From Octopus vulgaris (Eukaryota), in contig OX597818.1 in NCBI GenBank assembly GCA_951406725.2, positions 94,612,001 to 94,676,000 of the forward strand: 64,000 bases of DNA. Direction: 5' to 3'. Positions 1 through 14,000 of the stretch are shown here, piece by piece (positions within the stretch are counted from its first letter, which is position 1; every line of letters starts with the position of its first letter). The position numbers were made by a program, and so were the translations under genes. Below the pieces are notes generated by a model. That model did no database searches and was not told where the DNA came from. It saw nothing but the letters and a program-made list of their open reading frames with translations.

Positions 1-1989
1 CAGCTGTATAGACAAGTTGAAAAATGTATAAAATATACAAATAATTCCATACAATTTTAGAATAATTAATATGAAGTATCATCTAAAAAGGAAATAAAAC
101 ATGGAAAATATTTTGAGTTTTTGCCTACATATGGATAGAAACCACTGGCTAGGTTGGGTTAGGCATACCACACATCTCTGCTTGTCTGACATTACTCATA
201 GTAGAGCCTCCTGCATTCTAAGATACTTGTTAACTTTACTTAGAGTGGGTTGAGGATACACATGCTTCAATTCATTGTAATAAATTACTATTATTTTTTA
301 TTAGGCTTTTGACTTTAGAACATGTCATATTCTGAATCTATTTGTTCTTTGAATCCAGGCAATGCCTGCTGTACCACTATGTTATCGTATCTATGAAGCA
401 CTGGTTTAACATCCAGAAGGGGTTAAATTTCATCATCTTCCTTATCATCATTAATTGTTGTTCTGAAGAGGATGGGATCTTATATTTTATTATTTTCTTC
501 TTCTGTGGTTGGGTTTTCTTTTGGGCTGCTTTTTCTCTTTTACCTCTTTGTGTTTTCTCCATTTGGAAATTTACTTCCTTCCATGCATCTCCTCACAAAA
601 TGTTGGAATGGTACTATTTTTCCTAGTCAGGAAAGGGAAACAAAATTTCTGCCTGTTTCTTTCTTGAAATGACTTTCTCTACTAGATTCAGAGTGGGAGA
701 GAGTACCTTAGAATGGTTTACATCAAAGACTAAGATTGAGGATGATTTTTCAACCATCCTCATATCTACAACTAGTGATGCAGGTGGTGTTGCTACTGGA
801 ACAAGAGCTCCCAGACCCTGATCAACTTTTAGCATTTTACTAGCTCTGCATTATAGAAAACCCTCAGGTGGCTTTTGCTGCCACAAATATAACAGCTGAG
901 CTTTCTTCCCAGCACCACTAACTAGTTCTATTGCCTTAAAATCAGCCAACACAGTGGGATACAGCTCTGGAATGACCCTGTACTTCTAAGGCATCATCCG
1001 GACATGCATATCTATACTGACCTTTACTAATTGCATATAATTTTTTTCTATTTGCATTTAACAAGTGCTCATATTGTTTTACAAAAGTAATGTGTAGCTA
1101 GGAGTCAATATTACTTGTTATACTTCTGGACAGCACTTGTGGGCAGCTGTTTCACACCCAGTGTCTACTTTCTGTGAGCTTTGTCCTCAGTCCTACAGGT
1201 TAGTCAGATGGTACTCTAATCTTCACCTTTATCAATGTGTAAGGCATTTCTTCTGATAACTAGGGAAGCATGTGAGACATCCCTAGGTATTTTACACTTT
1301 TGTAGGATATCTTACAGTGTTCCTGATTGTCTTTTGGGGGTATAGTGAAAGCTTTTCCTTAGAGACAAAGGTAGATCAGTCTTCTTGTCCAATTCTGGAT
1401 GTATATTTTAGGCAATTCTAACACTGCATTGTTTCAGGTTGTGTACTGTCCATCTTCAAGGATTCAACATTGAAGGCAGTGCAGGCAAAATTAATTTCAT
1501 ATATGGACTTCTTGTTTGACAACATTTGTGTCTGAGTGTCAGTTGTTGTAATTGTTGCTTTTTGCAAAGTTGGTTCTCAGAATCATGGGAGGGGGGGGGG
1601 GGGAGCTTTTTGCCTGAAATAAAAAATTTTGTATTTTTAAACATTGTGTGCATTGTTGCAATGCAGGTTTGTTCAAGTTATTCTGCTATGCAGTGGCAGA
1701 AATGCTTCTTTTTTTCCTTTTAATTTTGGCTTTGGAAAGCATTTCCTCAACTTGATGTCATTGTGAATCAAGTTGAACCAAAACAAAAGCCCAACATGTT
1801 AATAAAAACTGTTTTTTTTTTTTTAGAGATGCAAATAAATTACATAAACTTGCCTTGTAAAACAATACTAACAATACAAACACGTAAAATAACATCCAAT
1901 TTATGAAAAATCCTTGGAAAAGGTAGTAATTCTAAAGCTAATTGTGAGAGCAAAAAAATAAGTCTGCACTTGCTGAAACCCATAATAAC

Positions 1990-1990
<1 letters not shown>

Positions 1991-2031
<41 letters not shown>

Positions 2032-2104
2032 TGTAGTAGTAGTAGTTGTAGTAGTAGTAGTAGTTGTTGTAGTAGTAGTAGTTGTTGTTGTTGTTGTTGT
2101 TGTT

Positions 2105-2137
<33 letters not shown>

Positions 2138-2141
2138 ATAA
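1991..2141. repeat. (GTA/GTT)n trinucleotide microsatellite
   Basis: Read directly; source of the poly-T/V/Y ORFs. Confidence 0.97.
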
Positions 2142-2149
2142 TCAAAGTA

Positions 2150-2365
2150 GTCAGATGGCAGAATTGTTAGCATACTGAACAAAATGCTTAGTAGCATTTT
2201 GTCCGTCTTTACGTTCATAGTTCAAATTTTGCTGAGGTTAACTTTGCCTCTCATCTTTTGGGTTCAATAAAATAAGTACCAGTTTAGCACTGGGGTCAAT
2301 ATAATCAACTAGCCCTGTAACCCAAAATTGCTGGTCTTATGCCGAAAATTTTGAAACCATTATTG
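2150..2365 (+). mobile_element. tRNA-derived SINE, family A (decayed)
   Basis: TGGCAGAATTGTTAGC head, GTTCAAAT B-box-like motif and TTTGCCTCTCATC...AATAAGTACCAG body shared with 10492-10727. Confidence 0.85.
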
Positions 2366-2434
2366 TTGTTGTTGTTAAAAACTCGATTTTCTTATAATAT
2401 TGTGTTAATCCCTTTTGCTTATCTCTCTTTTCAG

Positions 2435-2500
2435 AGTAACAGGTGGTGAATTATTTGAAGATATAGTTGCTAGAGAGTTTTACAGTGAAGCAGATGCCAG
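2435..2500 (+). CDS. CaMKII: CaMKII kinase-domain exon (66 nt; equivalent of vertebrate CAMK2 exon 5), VTGGELFEDIVAREFYSEADA(S)
   Basis: Pyrimidine tract and TTTCAG acceptor ending at 2434; GTATTA donor at 2501. Translation matches the CaMKII motif GGELFEDIVARE.YSEADAS. Phase 2/2. Confidence 0.96.
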
Positions 2501-2774
2501 GTATTACATTCTTTCTTTATTTCTTTACTCTTCACAAACTATGTCATTGGAATGAGCAGTTGGTTGCCATTGTTAAAGTTATTCTTCCTAATAAAGAAGT
2601 TTTGCTATAATTGCACTCCTTGTCTTCTTTAGCCACCACTCACTAGTTTTTAATTATTTTTAAACTCATTCCTGCACAATGTTCCAGTTTAATAAATTCT
2701 ACTGTTTTCATTATTTTTTCTCTCCAAATATTGGAAGTGTATATTAGATTAGAGAGAATAAAATTAGTCCTTAA

Positions 2775-2994
2775 CCCTTTAGCATTCAGATTAATTTATC
2801 AAATGTAAGGTTTATGTATCCATATTTTAAAAAATTAATTACGTATTATCTTGTAGCTTCAAGATTTTGAAGATGTAATCATTTAATTTTAGAATGACAT
2901 TGTAGGGTAGGTGGGAGAGACTGGATCTGGCCAGTTTGAACATAAAGCAGGTAGACCATTTGGGCCGGATATGGCCGGTTTAAATGCTAAAGGG
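2775..2994. mobile_element. piggyBac-like MITE (~220 bp)
   Basis: TIRs CCCTTTAGCATT (2775-2786) and AATGCTAAAGGG (2983-2994), with TTAA on both sides. A second copy starts at ~48900. Confidence 0.88.
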
Positions 2995-3889
2995 TTAAAT
3001 TTTCTTAAGAAGCTTGAGGATAGCTAAGATCAATGTTTCTAGCTATAGTTTCCCTGTCTTTATCGTGGGCTTTGGTGTTTGAAAATTTAAACCTCTACCC
3101 AGTGGAGCCTACTTCAAAGATAATAGCTTATTAGGAAAGATTTGGCTTCTACATTGAGCAGGTCATGCTGCCCCAAGAGAAATCCTTTACTGGCTTCAAT
3201 ATAGAGTTGTATTTGTAATTAGTAAAAAATAGTCTCTCTGAGAATTCAAACTTTCCTAAATACTTCTAAAATATCCTAAATTTGTTGATATGATTTTGGT
3301 ATACATATGCACAAGTATATCTCTTGTATGAGGGTAAGATAAGTAATTTTTGTAGGATACAGACATATCTTGGATTTATTTGATATAGAAATATGAAACA
3401 AAAAAATATTAATTATATCTAGGATTTTTAGTCTGAAATCTCGTCCGACACTATCTAATATCTAAAATTTTTATTTCACTTGTTATTTAAATGCTAGCCA
3501 TGTATTCCCTATTAAGTGCATCCACTAAACTACTCTACTACTCTGTTCATCTAATCAAGTTTTCCAGGATAGCAGGCATTTAGTTTAACACTTAAGATCT
3601 TAGACAACAACCGAATACAAATGTTAATTATTGGTCAGACTGGCTATAATAGTTCACATTGACATATTATGTTTAGCAGCAGCAAAACCCACTTCAAATC
3701 ATACAAGAAGTCACATTATTCTTAATTCTATCCTTTCATCAATTTTTTGTCAGCAAATGAATATATTTGATTCAACCAGTATTATACTGTGAAGTTTTAA
3801 ACACACCATTCTATTCTGTGTGACCACATCAACCTATCTGACATTCTTGTTAATATGAATTCCAAAAGACAGAACATATGACTCTACCC

Positions 3890-4255
3890 TATGTTAATAT
3901 CTCAACATCCCTGACACCATAGTATTGTTGTTGCCTGAATGTTAAACTTTAGGGAAGACAAACCATTCTATCTTATATAAATACACCAACATATCAAACA
4001 ACATCAGTATTATGAATATTAATGTGTTGAACTTTAAACAAGATGCATTATTTTATATAAATACTTTAACATATTGAACACCATCAGTATTATGAATTTT
4101 AATGTGTCAAGCTTTAGACTAAACAGTACTCTATATAAATACATCAACATATCAAACACCATTAGTATTATGAAGATTGAAGTATTAAACCTATGACAAG
4201 GTACACTTGCTTACCCTATATAGATACATCAACATATTCAACAACAAGAATTCTT
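3890..4255. repeat. Degenerate ~79-bp tandem repeat, 4-5 units
   Basis: TATATAAATACA.CAACATAT..AACA.CAT.AGTATTATGAA recurs near 3975, 4054, 4133 and 4218. Confidence 0.8.
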
Positions 4256-5289
4256 AGACTAATATTTTTGAAATGCCTACATCCTAGTGTTTTTGTCTTT
4301 AGCACTTGTTTAACTGTACAATTACACACAGCTTATTTAATCAATACAAATATTTATGATTTAATGAATCAAGTGAAAGAGATTATCACCCTTGTAATAG
4401 CTGCAGCTTTGCATCCAAAATTTCAACTGCGTCACCTGCATAATCCTCTCTGTTTACTACACAACTTGGTGCTTCATTTCAGCATGGTAGTATCTAGGGA
4501 CTGCAAAACATAACTGCCATGTAAACACTTATCATTCATTCATACTAACATTTTTATCAGAGAGGGAAGCACTTAATTTATTTGGTTTTTGGATGCATTA
4601 GTGTCTCAAGCAAGACAATTCAGTGGAGTATACATACAGACCATATATACCCAGAGGAGGATGTGAACTCAATGTTACTAGCAAACAAAACACTTGCTGG
4701 TTAAACCTGATACTTGATGGACTTGGTAGTTAGTTGAATGTCTTAATGATGGACATAACACAATACCAGTCAAAAGATATGAATTATAAACCTTTTATTC
4801 TTTAGCTATGGTTATCATATTTTTCTCTATTATATCAGTCAATATTATTTTTCTTAACCATTGTCAAACTACTCATCAATATCTGTTTTTTCTCTCCACT
4901 CAGTCATTGTATTTAGATATAACTGCAATCTTGAACTATTACTTACCAGTACAACCTCTAGCTTACTGATGTATCAACCAATTGATGCACTATCTCTCCA
5001 ACCACTATTACAATAGTTACTCCTACAAATTAATAAGTTGTATGCTACCCTCACCACCACCAACACATTGTAGCCCAACCATCACCACAAAAACTCACCT
5101 TGCCACTACAACCACCACCACCACTATTCAAGCCTGACTAATACACAAGCAGTTCTTTCCTTCAGTATTTCTTGTGACTTGCCTGCCACAAATCTACCAT
5201 AGGGGTTGATTTTCCTTTTCATCCTTTGGGATCAATTAGGAAGTAATCGACTTATCATTTTCCAACACATTCTTATTGTATTATTATTT

Positions 5290-5530
5290 CTAATAGAAGA
5301 TAACACACCTCTTTAAGTAATAACAAAAAATAATACAGATATGAAGATCTTTAAATAGAGATAACTAGTATGTGGAGTACTGAAAACAGAAATGGCTTAA
5401 ATATTGATAGGTGCCTTGGGAATGATTAAAATGCAGAATCAAAACCTCCACCAGCACTTACAAATATGTGCAACATGCAGAAAATGATACCCCTAGGTAC
5501 TGCATACACATTTCACACAGCATTTTCAAT
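5290..5530 (+). mobile_element. Probable 3' fragment of an R4/Dong-like non-LTR retrotransposon
   Basis: Degenerate peptides IGALGMI and QKMIPLGTAYT resemble the C-terminus of R4-clade ORFs. Confidence 0.45.
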
Positions 5531-7934
5531 ACATCAGAAAAGAGAAATCCAAAACAAACCATTGAACATATTCAAGGTACTCTGAGCTGTGCTCTGTAGT
5601 GCAGTGAAAAAATGCAATAAAAATAAGACAGCTAAACAGCAATAGCAAAAACAACAGCAACAAGGACAAACATTTCAGGATGGAGTTAGTTGATTACATT
5701 AATTCCAGTACTGGCAGTTTATTTTATCAGCCCCTTAAAGATGTAAGGCAAAGCTGACTTCAGTGGAATTTAAACTCAGAATATAATGATAATAATTGTT
5801 CCTAATTTAAAGGTAGGGGTTATTTTCTTTAATTAAACTTGGTACTTGAGTGGTACTTTATTTTGTTGGCCCCAGATGGATGAAAGGCAAAATTGACCTA
5901 TGCAGGATTTGAACAAAGAAAGTAAAAAAACTGGAAGAAATACTGCAAAGCATTTTTTTTGCTGACACTCTGATTCTGCTAGGACCTAACCAAAGAGATA
6001 AGGTTCTAGAACATAAAAATGAAAGTTGTGTCTGTAACAACTGGTGCACTCAGTTCAACACCTAAGTAACCACCTTAGAGATTGCATAAAATTGGAATTA
6101 CAACCTGAATTGAGGGCCTGCAGAAAAGTGCCATCCAGTAATCCTGCAAGAACCTTAACCCAAATTTTTAAGATTTGAGAAGATTTGTTTTCTTCAAATC
6201 TCAGGATAACATCTCTGCTTATAAAATTAGCATGTAATAGCTTATAATAATAATAATAATGATAATAATAATAATAATAAGAAGAAGAAGAAGAAGAATA
6301 AAAACCCATAATCAGTTGTAACATGTTGATACTTGAATAAATAGAGCTGTAAGTGACAGGATATAATTTTGACTGTTTGCACCAATGTTTCTGTATATTT
6401 TTAACTGCAGCAGGTTCTTCATCCCTTAGTTTCAATATTTTCATCAAAAGGAAAAAAGAAAAAGTAGTAAAATAGTAAAAAATGTATTGTTATATTGTTG
6501 GCACCAACCCTATTTCCATATTGTTATCTGTCAGGAATTTTTGCTATCTTTTTAGCATTCTACAAATTTAGCAGCTTTTCTTAGACAATCAAGGTTCTAT
6601 TGTTAATACTCTTTCATTTAGCAACATTTCATAAAATGATTTAGACATTTCAAACTATCAAAAATCTAATTTGGTATTGTGAAGAAATCTGTTTTTACCG
6701 GATTGGCAGTAAATTGTCTGATTAACACATCTGATAAATGCCTTATGGTGTTTGTTATGGTTCTTTAAGTTCTGAGTTCACATCCTGCTGAGGTCAGCTT
6801 TGTCTTTCATCCTTTCAGGGTTGACAAAATGAATTACCTGTGAAGTCCTGGGTGTTGATGTACTTGACTAATCTCCTCTCCCTCAATAGCTGGCTTTGTG
6901 CCTAAATTAGAAGCCATTATTAACTGTTCACATTGCATGGCTTTATAAATCTCTTGGAGAGTGTGATACATAAAATATTGGCTGTTTACCAACAAAGCAA
7001 ATCGTTGAGTTAGGAGTAAATAATAAAACTTTCTTTATTTGCCATAGTGATGATGATGATGATTTCTAATAAAAATAATCTTCCTTCCTTTGCTATTTTC
7101 TTGTTTAGTTTATGAAGATGCTTGAGGTATTAGAGTTCCAGATGTTTCAACCCATTCAATTTCAAATTCTGACACGGTTGACATTGCTTTGTCACCTCCA
7201 GCATTAATAAAATAAATAAATGTTCGTGAGGTAGTGACTTCAGTCATTTAACTGTACACTTCACTGACAAAAAGCAATCTGATTAAACAAAAGAAATTTA
7301 TTATTAATATTCTGCTGTTACATGTTTATTGGTGTTGTAACTAGTTTGAGTATACTTCCTATCAAACCACAACTTATGGTCTAGAATGAGGAGCAACTTT
7401 TTGTCACTTTTATAAAAAAAAAAGCAAACCTTTTTCTGCTGTTTATATCTATTTTTACTTTGCATTGAGGACTTTCTGGATAATTTTTACTGAACTAATG
7501 AAACAGATTTTCAGCATGGCATCCAGTCTCAAATTAAATTCTAGGGTTTCAAGGTTTGCTCTCAAATTCTCGGTCACTATTCCCAAGACCTAATGATAAT
7601 TGGCAGGATCATGACTATGTTAACTTCTTTGTTCTAGTGTTTGAGGATTTTGTACTACAAGTCAATATACTACTGTGGTCTTTCTTTTTCTGGGTTTTAA
7701 TATGAAATGGGCATGACCTGTCAATTGCAAGATATAGTTTCTTCTTTTTATCACTAGATAAAATGTCTATTTTGTTGTTCTGTTCTCCTTTTAATTTGTA
7801 TTCAGATGTACCATAACAGCTTCATTTCATCATTTTTGAGGACTTCATTTATATCCCCACAAATGATCAAAGTTATTTCCTGTGCATGCAGAACCAAATC
7901 TTTTGCAAAAGCGATTCATTTGGCAATATCATTA

Positions 7935-8830
7935 GGTGGTGAGCTGACTGAATTTTCATTGTGTCGAACAAAAATGCTTAACAGCATTTTTTATTGGCTC
8001 TTGAACTTTGCTTTCATCTGTTAAGGGTTGATAAAATAAAGTACCAGCCAAAGGGTGATGCAATCAATTAATTATATCTCTCTAAATTTGCTGATCTAGA
8101 GCCAAAATTTGAAACAATTATTACTTTTATTATTTGAATGATCTGAGTTCAAATTCCACCAAGGTTTGCTTTATAGAAAGGATTATTATTATTATGATGA
8201 AGAAGAAGAAGAAATAAGGTAGTGAGCTAACAGAATCGTTAACAAATGCTTGATGGCATTTTGTCTGTCTTTCCATTCTGAGTTCTGATTCTGCCAAAGT
8301 TGACTTGACCTTTCATTCTATCAGGGTCAATAAAATAAGTACCAGTCAGGTACTGGGGTTAATGTAATCAACTTGCTCCTCCCCTAAAAACTGCTGGAAT
8401 AGGCCCTATAGTAGAAAGGATTATTATCATCATCATCATCATTATTATCTTATATATTCAAACTTAAATTTCTGCTGTAGACAACCTTGATTTTCTTTTT
8501 TATCTTTGTGGAAGTCAATAAAATAAGTACCAATAGGCTACTGGTGTCTATTAAATCAACTACTTTTCCACACACAACTTCTGCAGCCTTGTGCTCATGT
8601 TAGAAATCGTAGTTGTCATTATAGTGATTGATAACATAACACAATACTGGATAAATGCTTTGCAGTGTAAGATACATTGCAGTTTGAATCCTGCTAAGAC
8701 TGACTTTATATTTCATCCTTCTAAGATTAATAGAATAAATACTAATACATTAGTTAACTATGCTCCTTTCTTGAAATGTTTGCCCATGTGCCTGTGTTAA
8801 AAGTAAATATCAATATTATTACTATTATCA
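7935..8830 (+). mobile_element. Head-to-tail cluster of ~4-5 family A SINEs
   Basis: Repeated GGTGAGCTG..AGAAT / AAAATAAGTACCA / AGAAAGGATTATT units separated by (ATT/ATC)n tails. Confidence 0.8.
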
Positions 8831-10491
8831 TCTCTTTTGCTTCTTTATATGTAATTTATGTTAATTATATTGGAAGAAGTTTTCAATTCATTATCTGGCA
8901 GCTGATCTCTCTCTTCAAGTTGATTTCATTGCTACATTATGGTATCTACAATATTTTTAACCTTACTAACAAGTGGGTTTCTTGTTTACTATAAAGTTAA
9001 ATGGTTAGCAGTAGGAAAAATACAGGAACTGTACTGAGTGTGACATAGCAATATGGATGTACAATAGATATTACTGGATAAGCAATTACCAAAAGTAGAA
9101 AATAGAGAAATGTTTAATTAAAGCCAGTTTTTAACTTTAAGCTCATCAAATCAAAAAAAATTTAGGCTAAATATTTAAGATTGTTGCCTGTAATTGAAAC
9201 TATAATTGCATCAATGTCTCCACAGACTGCAGAAACTTTCAGAAGTGTCTGCTAGTTGCACTGCATGGCCTGCTACAACATAGCATATCTTGAGGTTAAT
9301 TTCAGCTTGCTGAACTGAACAACCCAATAAAACCTGAAGATTCACTGTAAAATAAGAACTCAACTGACAAAATAGTTTGCTTTTACATCTCAAAATAATT
9401 TGAATGGTGTTTATTTTTTTGATATTTGTTTGTTTCTGTTGTTACTAAAATCTCTTACAGTTTAAATATTTCTTGTTCCCATTTTTTTTAACATGTTTTC
9501 TTTTGCTTACATGATATATTTTACACTGTTTATAATATTTATTTTGTTTGTCTCTGTTATGAGTTGAAATCTCACCAATGTTGGCAGTTAATTGCTTGGG
9601 GTTTAAAAGATGCAATACAAATATACATGGGACTCAATTTGGTTGACCATTCATCCTTCCCTCTACTAAATACCTGGAGGTACTCACTCTATTTGACAGC
9701 CATTTCCATTATTAGCTACCCATTCTGATGTTTACATTTTATCATCTTATATGTAGTTAAGGTATCATGGGCTGCCCACATTTCCTTTCTCCACCATCAA
9801 CTACCCAGTGTGCAATTAGTAGTGACTGTAATATCTTTACTGTATATAGTTTCATTCATGTAACTAATTTCACTTTTCAGCTATTTGTAGTTAGTACAAT
9901 GAGAATTTGTAATATATTTATACTAAGTCAGAACTATACACCTTTTCTAGACCTTGGGATTGTAATAGGTTGAAGTAATCAGTATTTATTGTAACACGTA
10001 AATAAAAATAATCATAGAATATGAAAATAGTTATATGATAGGATGTGTACTGTTGCTTGGCAGAATCAGTTGGTCATTAAATATAATACCTTGTGTTTTT
10101 AACTATGGATTTTTACATCCTAAGGTCAAATCCTACCAAAGTCAACTTAATTTTTCACTATTCTGGGTTGATAAAATAAGTCCAAATTAAAAAGTAAGAG
10201 AAATTTAATCGACTTCACTTCTGCTTATGTTTGTGGTCTAGTATTTATGTTAGAAAGCACTACACAACAGTAAGAGAGGTGGGTAACAAATTGGTAAAGT
10301 AATATACAAAATTGCTTTGTGGTATTAAGATACTTTTACATTCCGAATTTGAGTTTCTCTGGGACTGATTTTGCCTTTTATACTTCCAGGGCCAATAAAA
10401 TAAACATCATAAATGTATTGTGATTAGTACAGTTGATCATAAACATTTCTCAAAATTCTTGGATTTATATGTTAGAAACTATTAATGTTAT

Positions 10492-10727
10492 ATAAAGGCG
10501 GTGAGCTGGCAGAATCGTTAGCACGCCGGGTGAAATGCTTAGCGGTATTTCATCTGCTGTTACATTCTCAGTTCAAATTCCACCAAGGTCAACTTTGCCT
10601 TTCATCCTTTCGGGGTTGATAAATTAAGTACCAGTTACACACTGGGGTCGATGTAATTGACTTAATCCCTTTGTCTGTCCTTGTTTGTCCCCTCTATGTT
10701 TAGCCTCTTGTGGGCAATAAAGAAATA
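10492..10727 (+). mobile_element. Young full-length family A SINE with 18-bp TSD
   Basis: GGCGGTGAGCTGGCAGAATCGTTAGCACGCCGG head with CpGs intact, GTTCAAATTCC box and GCCTTTCATCCTTTCGGGGTTGATAAATTAAGTACCAG core. TSD AGAAACTATTAATGTTAT at 10474-10491 and 10728-10745. Follows two older copies (~10055-10490). Confidence 0.93.
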
Positions 10728-10974
10728 AGAAACTATTAATGTTATTATCAGCAGACATTAGATCTTAGTATTTTTTAACTTGGCATTGACTTAGTTAATC
10801 CTCTCTGGGATGTCCTGTAATTACTGTGAATTCCTAATTCAGCTTTCTCCAGGTAAAATAGTCAGAATCTTAATATTTTTGTCAGAATATAAAAATATTA
10901 AGAATATGAAGTGTCAGTTGTCTCAAACAGCCATTTTGGAGAAGCATTTCATACCATGCCTTCTCTCTCTCTCA

Positions 10975-11042
<68 letters not shown>

Positions 11043-11257
11043 ATACATACAAGTAAAAGAGTTTTCAGAAAACATAAATCTGAAAGAAGCAGCACACTCT
11101 AAAATGTAGAGTAGTGTATATTAAAAATAGGGAAGTCCAGTTTAAGAGGCCATGGGCCAACAGGTTCTTGTTGGGATCTGATGATACACCATAAAGCTAA
11201 GCTCTTTATGGATAGGAAACCTAAGGTAATCCATTAAACTGGCCTTCCCCATTTTTG

Positions 11258-11289
<32 letters not shown>

Positions 11290-11836
11290 ATGTGTATGTT
11301 CAGACACACACACACAATATATATACACACAGGTATATAAATTAAACAATATTGGAGTATATACACACAGGTATATAAATTAAGCAATATTGGAGTACCA
11401 ATATTTTTTCTCAAGTAGACTTAACTTGTTAGGCAATTCATTCTCACTGCAAACATCACTTTAAAAATGTATTTCAATCAAACTTTCATTGATTTTAGTC
11501 TCTCAGGAATATCAATACTAGTCATTCTTAGTAGGCCCACATTATTCCAGCCTAAAGAGATGGACTTCTTAACAGTCCAAGTCTACTTAAACTACAAACT
11601 GCATATGGTGATTGTTTTTAAAACTCTAACTCTGGAGGGCTGTTGATTTTCATGACTAAATCTTTTTTACATCTTTAGTGAATCTCTCTGGTTTATTTTA
11701 TATATATATCTATATATACTTTTTTTATTAAAGCTGCAAAATTATCACAGAACTGTTATTCAGAGTTTCATGTTCCCATTCATTGGACAGTTGTAATGAA
11801 TACTATTTTTTCCACCTTGTTTTGCACCTATGTGCA

Positions 11837-11883
<47 letters not shown>

Positions 11884-12779
11884 ATGTGTGTGTGTAGTGA
11901 ACTTGCATTAAATTATACTCTGTTAAATTGGATATCAGATAAACTGAAATAAATCTAAGCTAGAAGAGTGACTATCAGTGTTGATTTCCCTGGTCATCTT
12001 TGAATATCAATGTTGAAGAGAGCATATATTGTGGATGTGTTAGTTGAGTACTATATACTAATAGTAGATTAATCATAACTATTAAGCTTACTCAATATTA
12101 CAATCAGAAATCAAAATGGGAAACTAATTTTTTTGCTCCTTTTTATAAAATACTGGGTAGTTGGAGGGATAATAGGAGAGTGACAAAAATAAGGACCTAA
12201 GACAAGTGATATTTCCTCTAGACTCGTTCTAGTTATTATTAGCTTTTATTATGCTCATGTCTAAAAATATACACACTGCACATCTAACTAAATAAACTCT
12301 TAATTCTAGTATTTTAATTCATTCATCCTCTCTGTTCCCTGCTTCTATCTATCTGTATCCAATCTATTTGTTATAAGAAATATGTTATTATGGTGGAAAA
12401 TTTTTTTGTATAAATTTGTTGAAAATCTGTTAATTAACATTGATTTTTTTAATAATAATTCAGTTCTTGCAGTCTCATGATATAAATGGCCGTAATTTAT
12501 TTTCAAGTTTTATAGTATACACTCAGAAACAAAGATTAAGCACAGGATAAAGTTGCTGAAATTTGTATGTTTCTTTATGAATAAAATTTATACAAGACTA
12601 ATAGTTTCAGTGTGGTACATACACTGCACACTGTAACAATAGCCACCATACACAACATGATACAACTTGTATTATTTGGCAATTTTCATTCACTACACAT
12701 CTTTCAACCTTGCATTTTTACATCACAATTTCAAGAGTGTAATAATCTAAAGAAGCTTTTCACCTTGCCTATAAACCAG

Positions 12780-14000
12780 AAACTATAAGGACTGTAGAGG
12801 CTGGTGTTTTGGTGGTGAGAGTTTGTGAAGAGTATGCTGTTAAAAAGTGAACAATGTTACACATATGCAAGGCTAAGGACAAACTTATTTTATTTTCTTT
12901 GAAATATTATAATGTAATTCTAAATCTTCATTTGTTGAGGAAGCATAAGAAAGTTATAAAAATACAAATCTTGAGAGGTAATGATCTGGTGTATCTGTCA
13001 GTAATCCTCCGTTATTAACTTCTAGGGTGTAGAAATGTCTAGTGTTGCTGCTATGTTAGCCAGGTATAAAGATGACAAGAGTTTTGAAGCTAATGACTGG
13101 TATTATGGTGATTTAGAAATCACTGTGGAATTAGTAATAATATTACCCTTGGTAAAGCAAGAAGTGTACCAACCAAGGAAATGAACCATTCAGGAACAGG
13201 TTAACTAACTGAAGTATGAAGGGCTCATAATTTCCCAATTAAATAACGATAATGAAACTGAGTTGTATTGGCATTCACTACTTTAGAATAACTAAAATTT
13301 TAAGAATAAAGCCTTTTTACCTGGTCATAAATTAGGTAAATATTTTTTTGATGTTGTGTTGCATTTGCTGACAGTGTGCACCATTTAAAGTTAGTGGTGA
13401 TGGGAAGATATCAGCACAGTGAGGTTTGCAAACAGTGCTCTAGCTACTAGTGCATTTTGTCATTCCAAGAAACATGCATATCTTTAATGATTTGTTTTTA
13501 TTCCATTTCATTACTGCAGTGCATAAATACCCCTACAATGACCTCAACTTTCTACTGGTGAGCTGGAAGTGCCACTAATTTGGACAGTGCATCTGTTCAC
13601 CCATTTGTCAGCAATAATAGTAAAATAACGTACATGTTGCCCTCTATTGTTACCTCAACAATGCAGCCACAGCTTAAAAAACTAAACAAAGAAACTTCTG
13701 TAAGATTTTAAAAGATTTGAGGTTGGGTATTTACATTGTGTACTTTAGCAGACAAGTGAAACAGCTGTCACACAGGAGAACATCAGAACCTGGCTAGTAA
13801 ACATTGGGAGTGATCCTGGATAGCAAGTATTAACCAAAGAAGAAATAACTGATGAAGTTCTTGCTGTAACACCTGAGATAGTGATAATGAAGATGACAAA
13901 GTATAGCCCAAGAACTACAAACTCACTATTATAGGAGTGTATCTTGACAGCAAGATTTCATAATTGATTTTTTAATTTTCAACAATATTATGAACACCTT
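12780..14000 (+). mobile_element. Heavily decayed Tigger/pogo-like DDE transposase relic
   Basis: Remnant motifs in the expected order: LGKARS (~13150; cf. IGKSK.PR), HYCSA* (~13510; cf. DNCSAH), MLPSIVTSTMQP (~13634; cf. LPPNVTSLIQP). Boundaries approximate. Confidence 0.5.

Noticed and set aside
200-1800. Complex non-repetitive sequence with short ORFs (342-835)
   Set aside because: No recognisable motif or CaMKII exon; probably an old transposon remnant that I cannot classify.
1840-2218. Poly-T/V/Y ORFs, and similar YIYI, HTHT and SLSL ORFs across the window
   Set aside because: Translations of microsatellites.
3975-4255. CRISPR-like repeat-spacer appearance
   Set aside because: Eukaryotic intron, degenerate repeats, mutually homologous 'spacers' and no cas genes.
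4904-4976. Possible third, decayed copy of exon 6: pyrimidine tract, CAG, then T CAT TGT ATT (S-H-C-I)
   Set aside because: Stop codon right after HCI, only ~26/73 ungapped identity to 6A, no HRD and no GT donor; compatible with chance.
10497-10585. tRNA gene
   Set aside because: A/B-box-like head continues into a SINE body with TSD; no cloverleaf evident.
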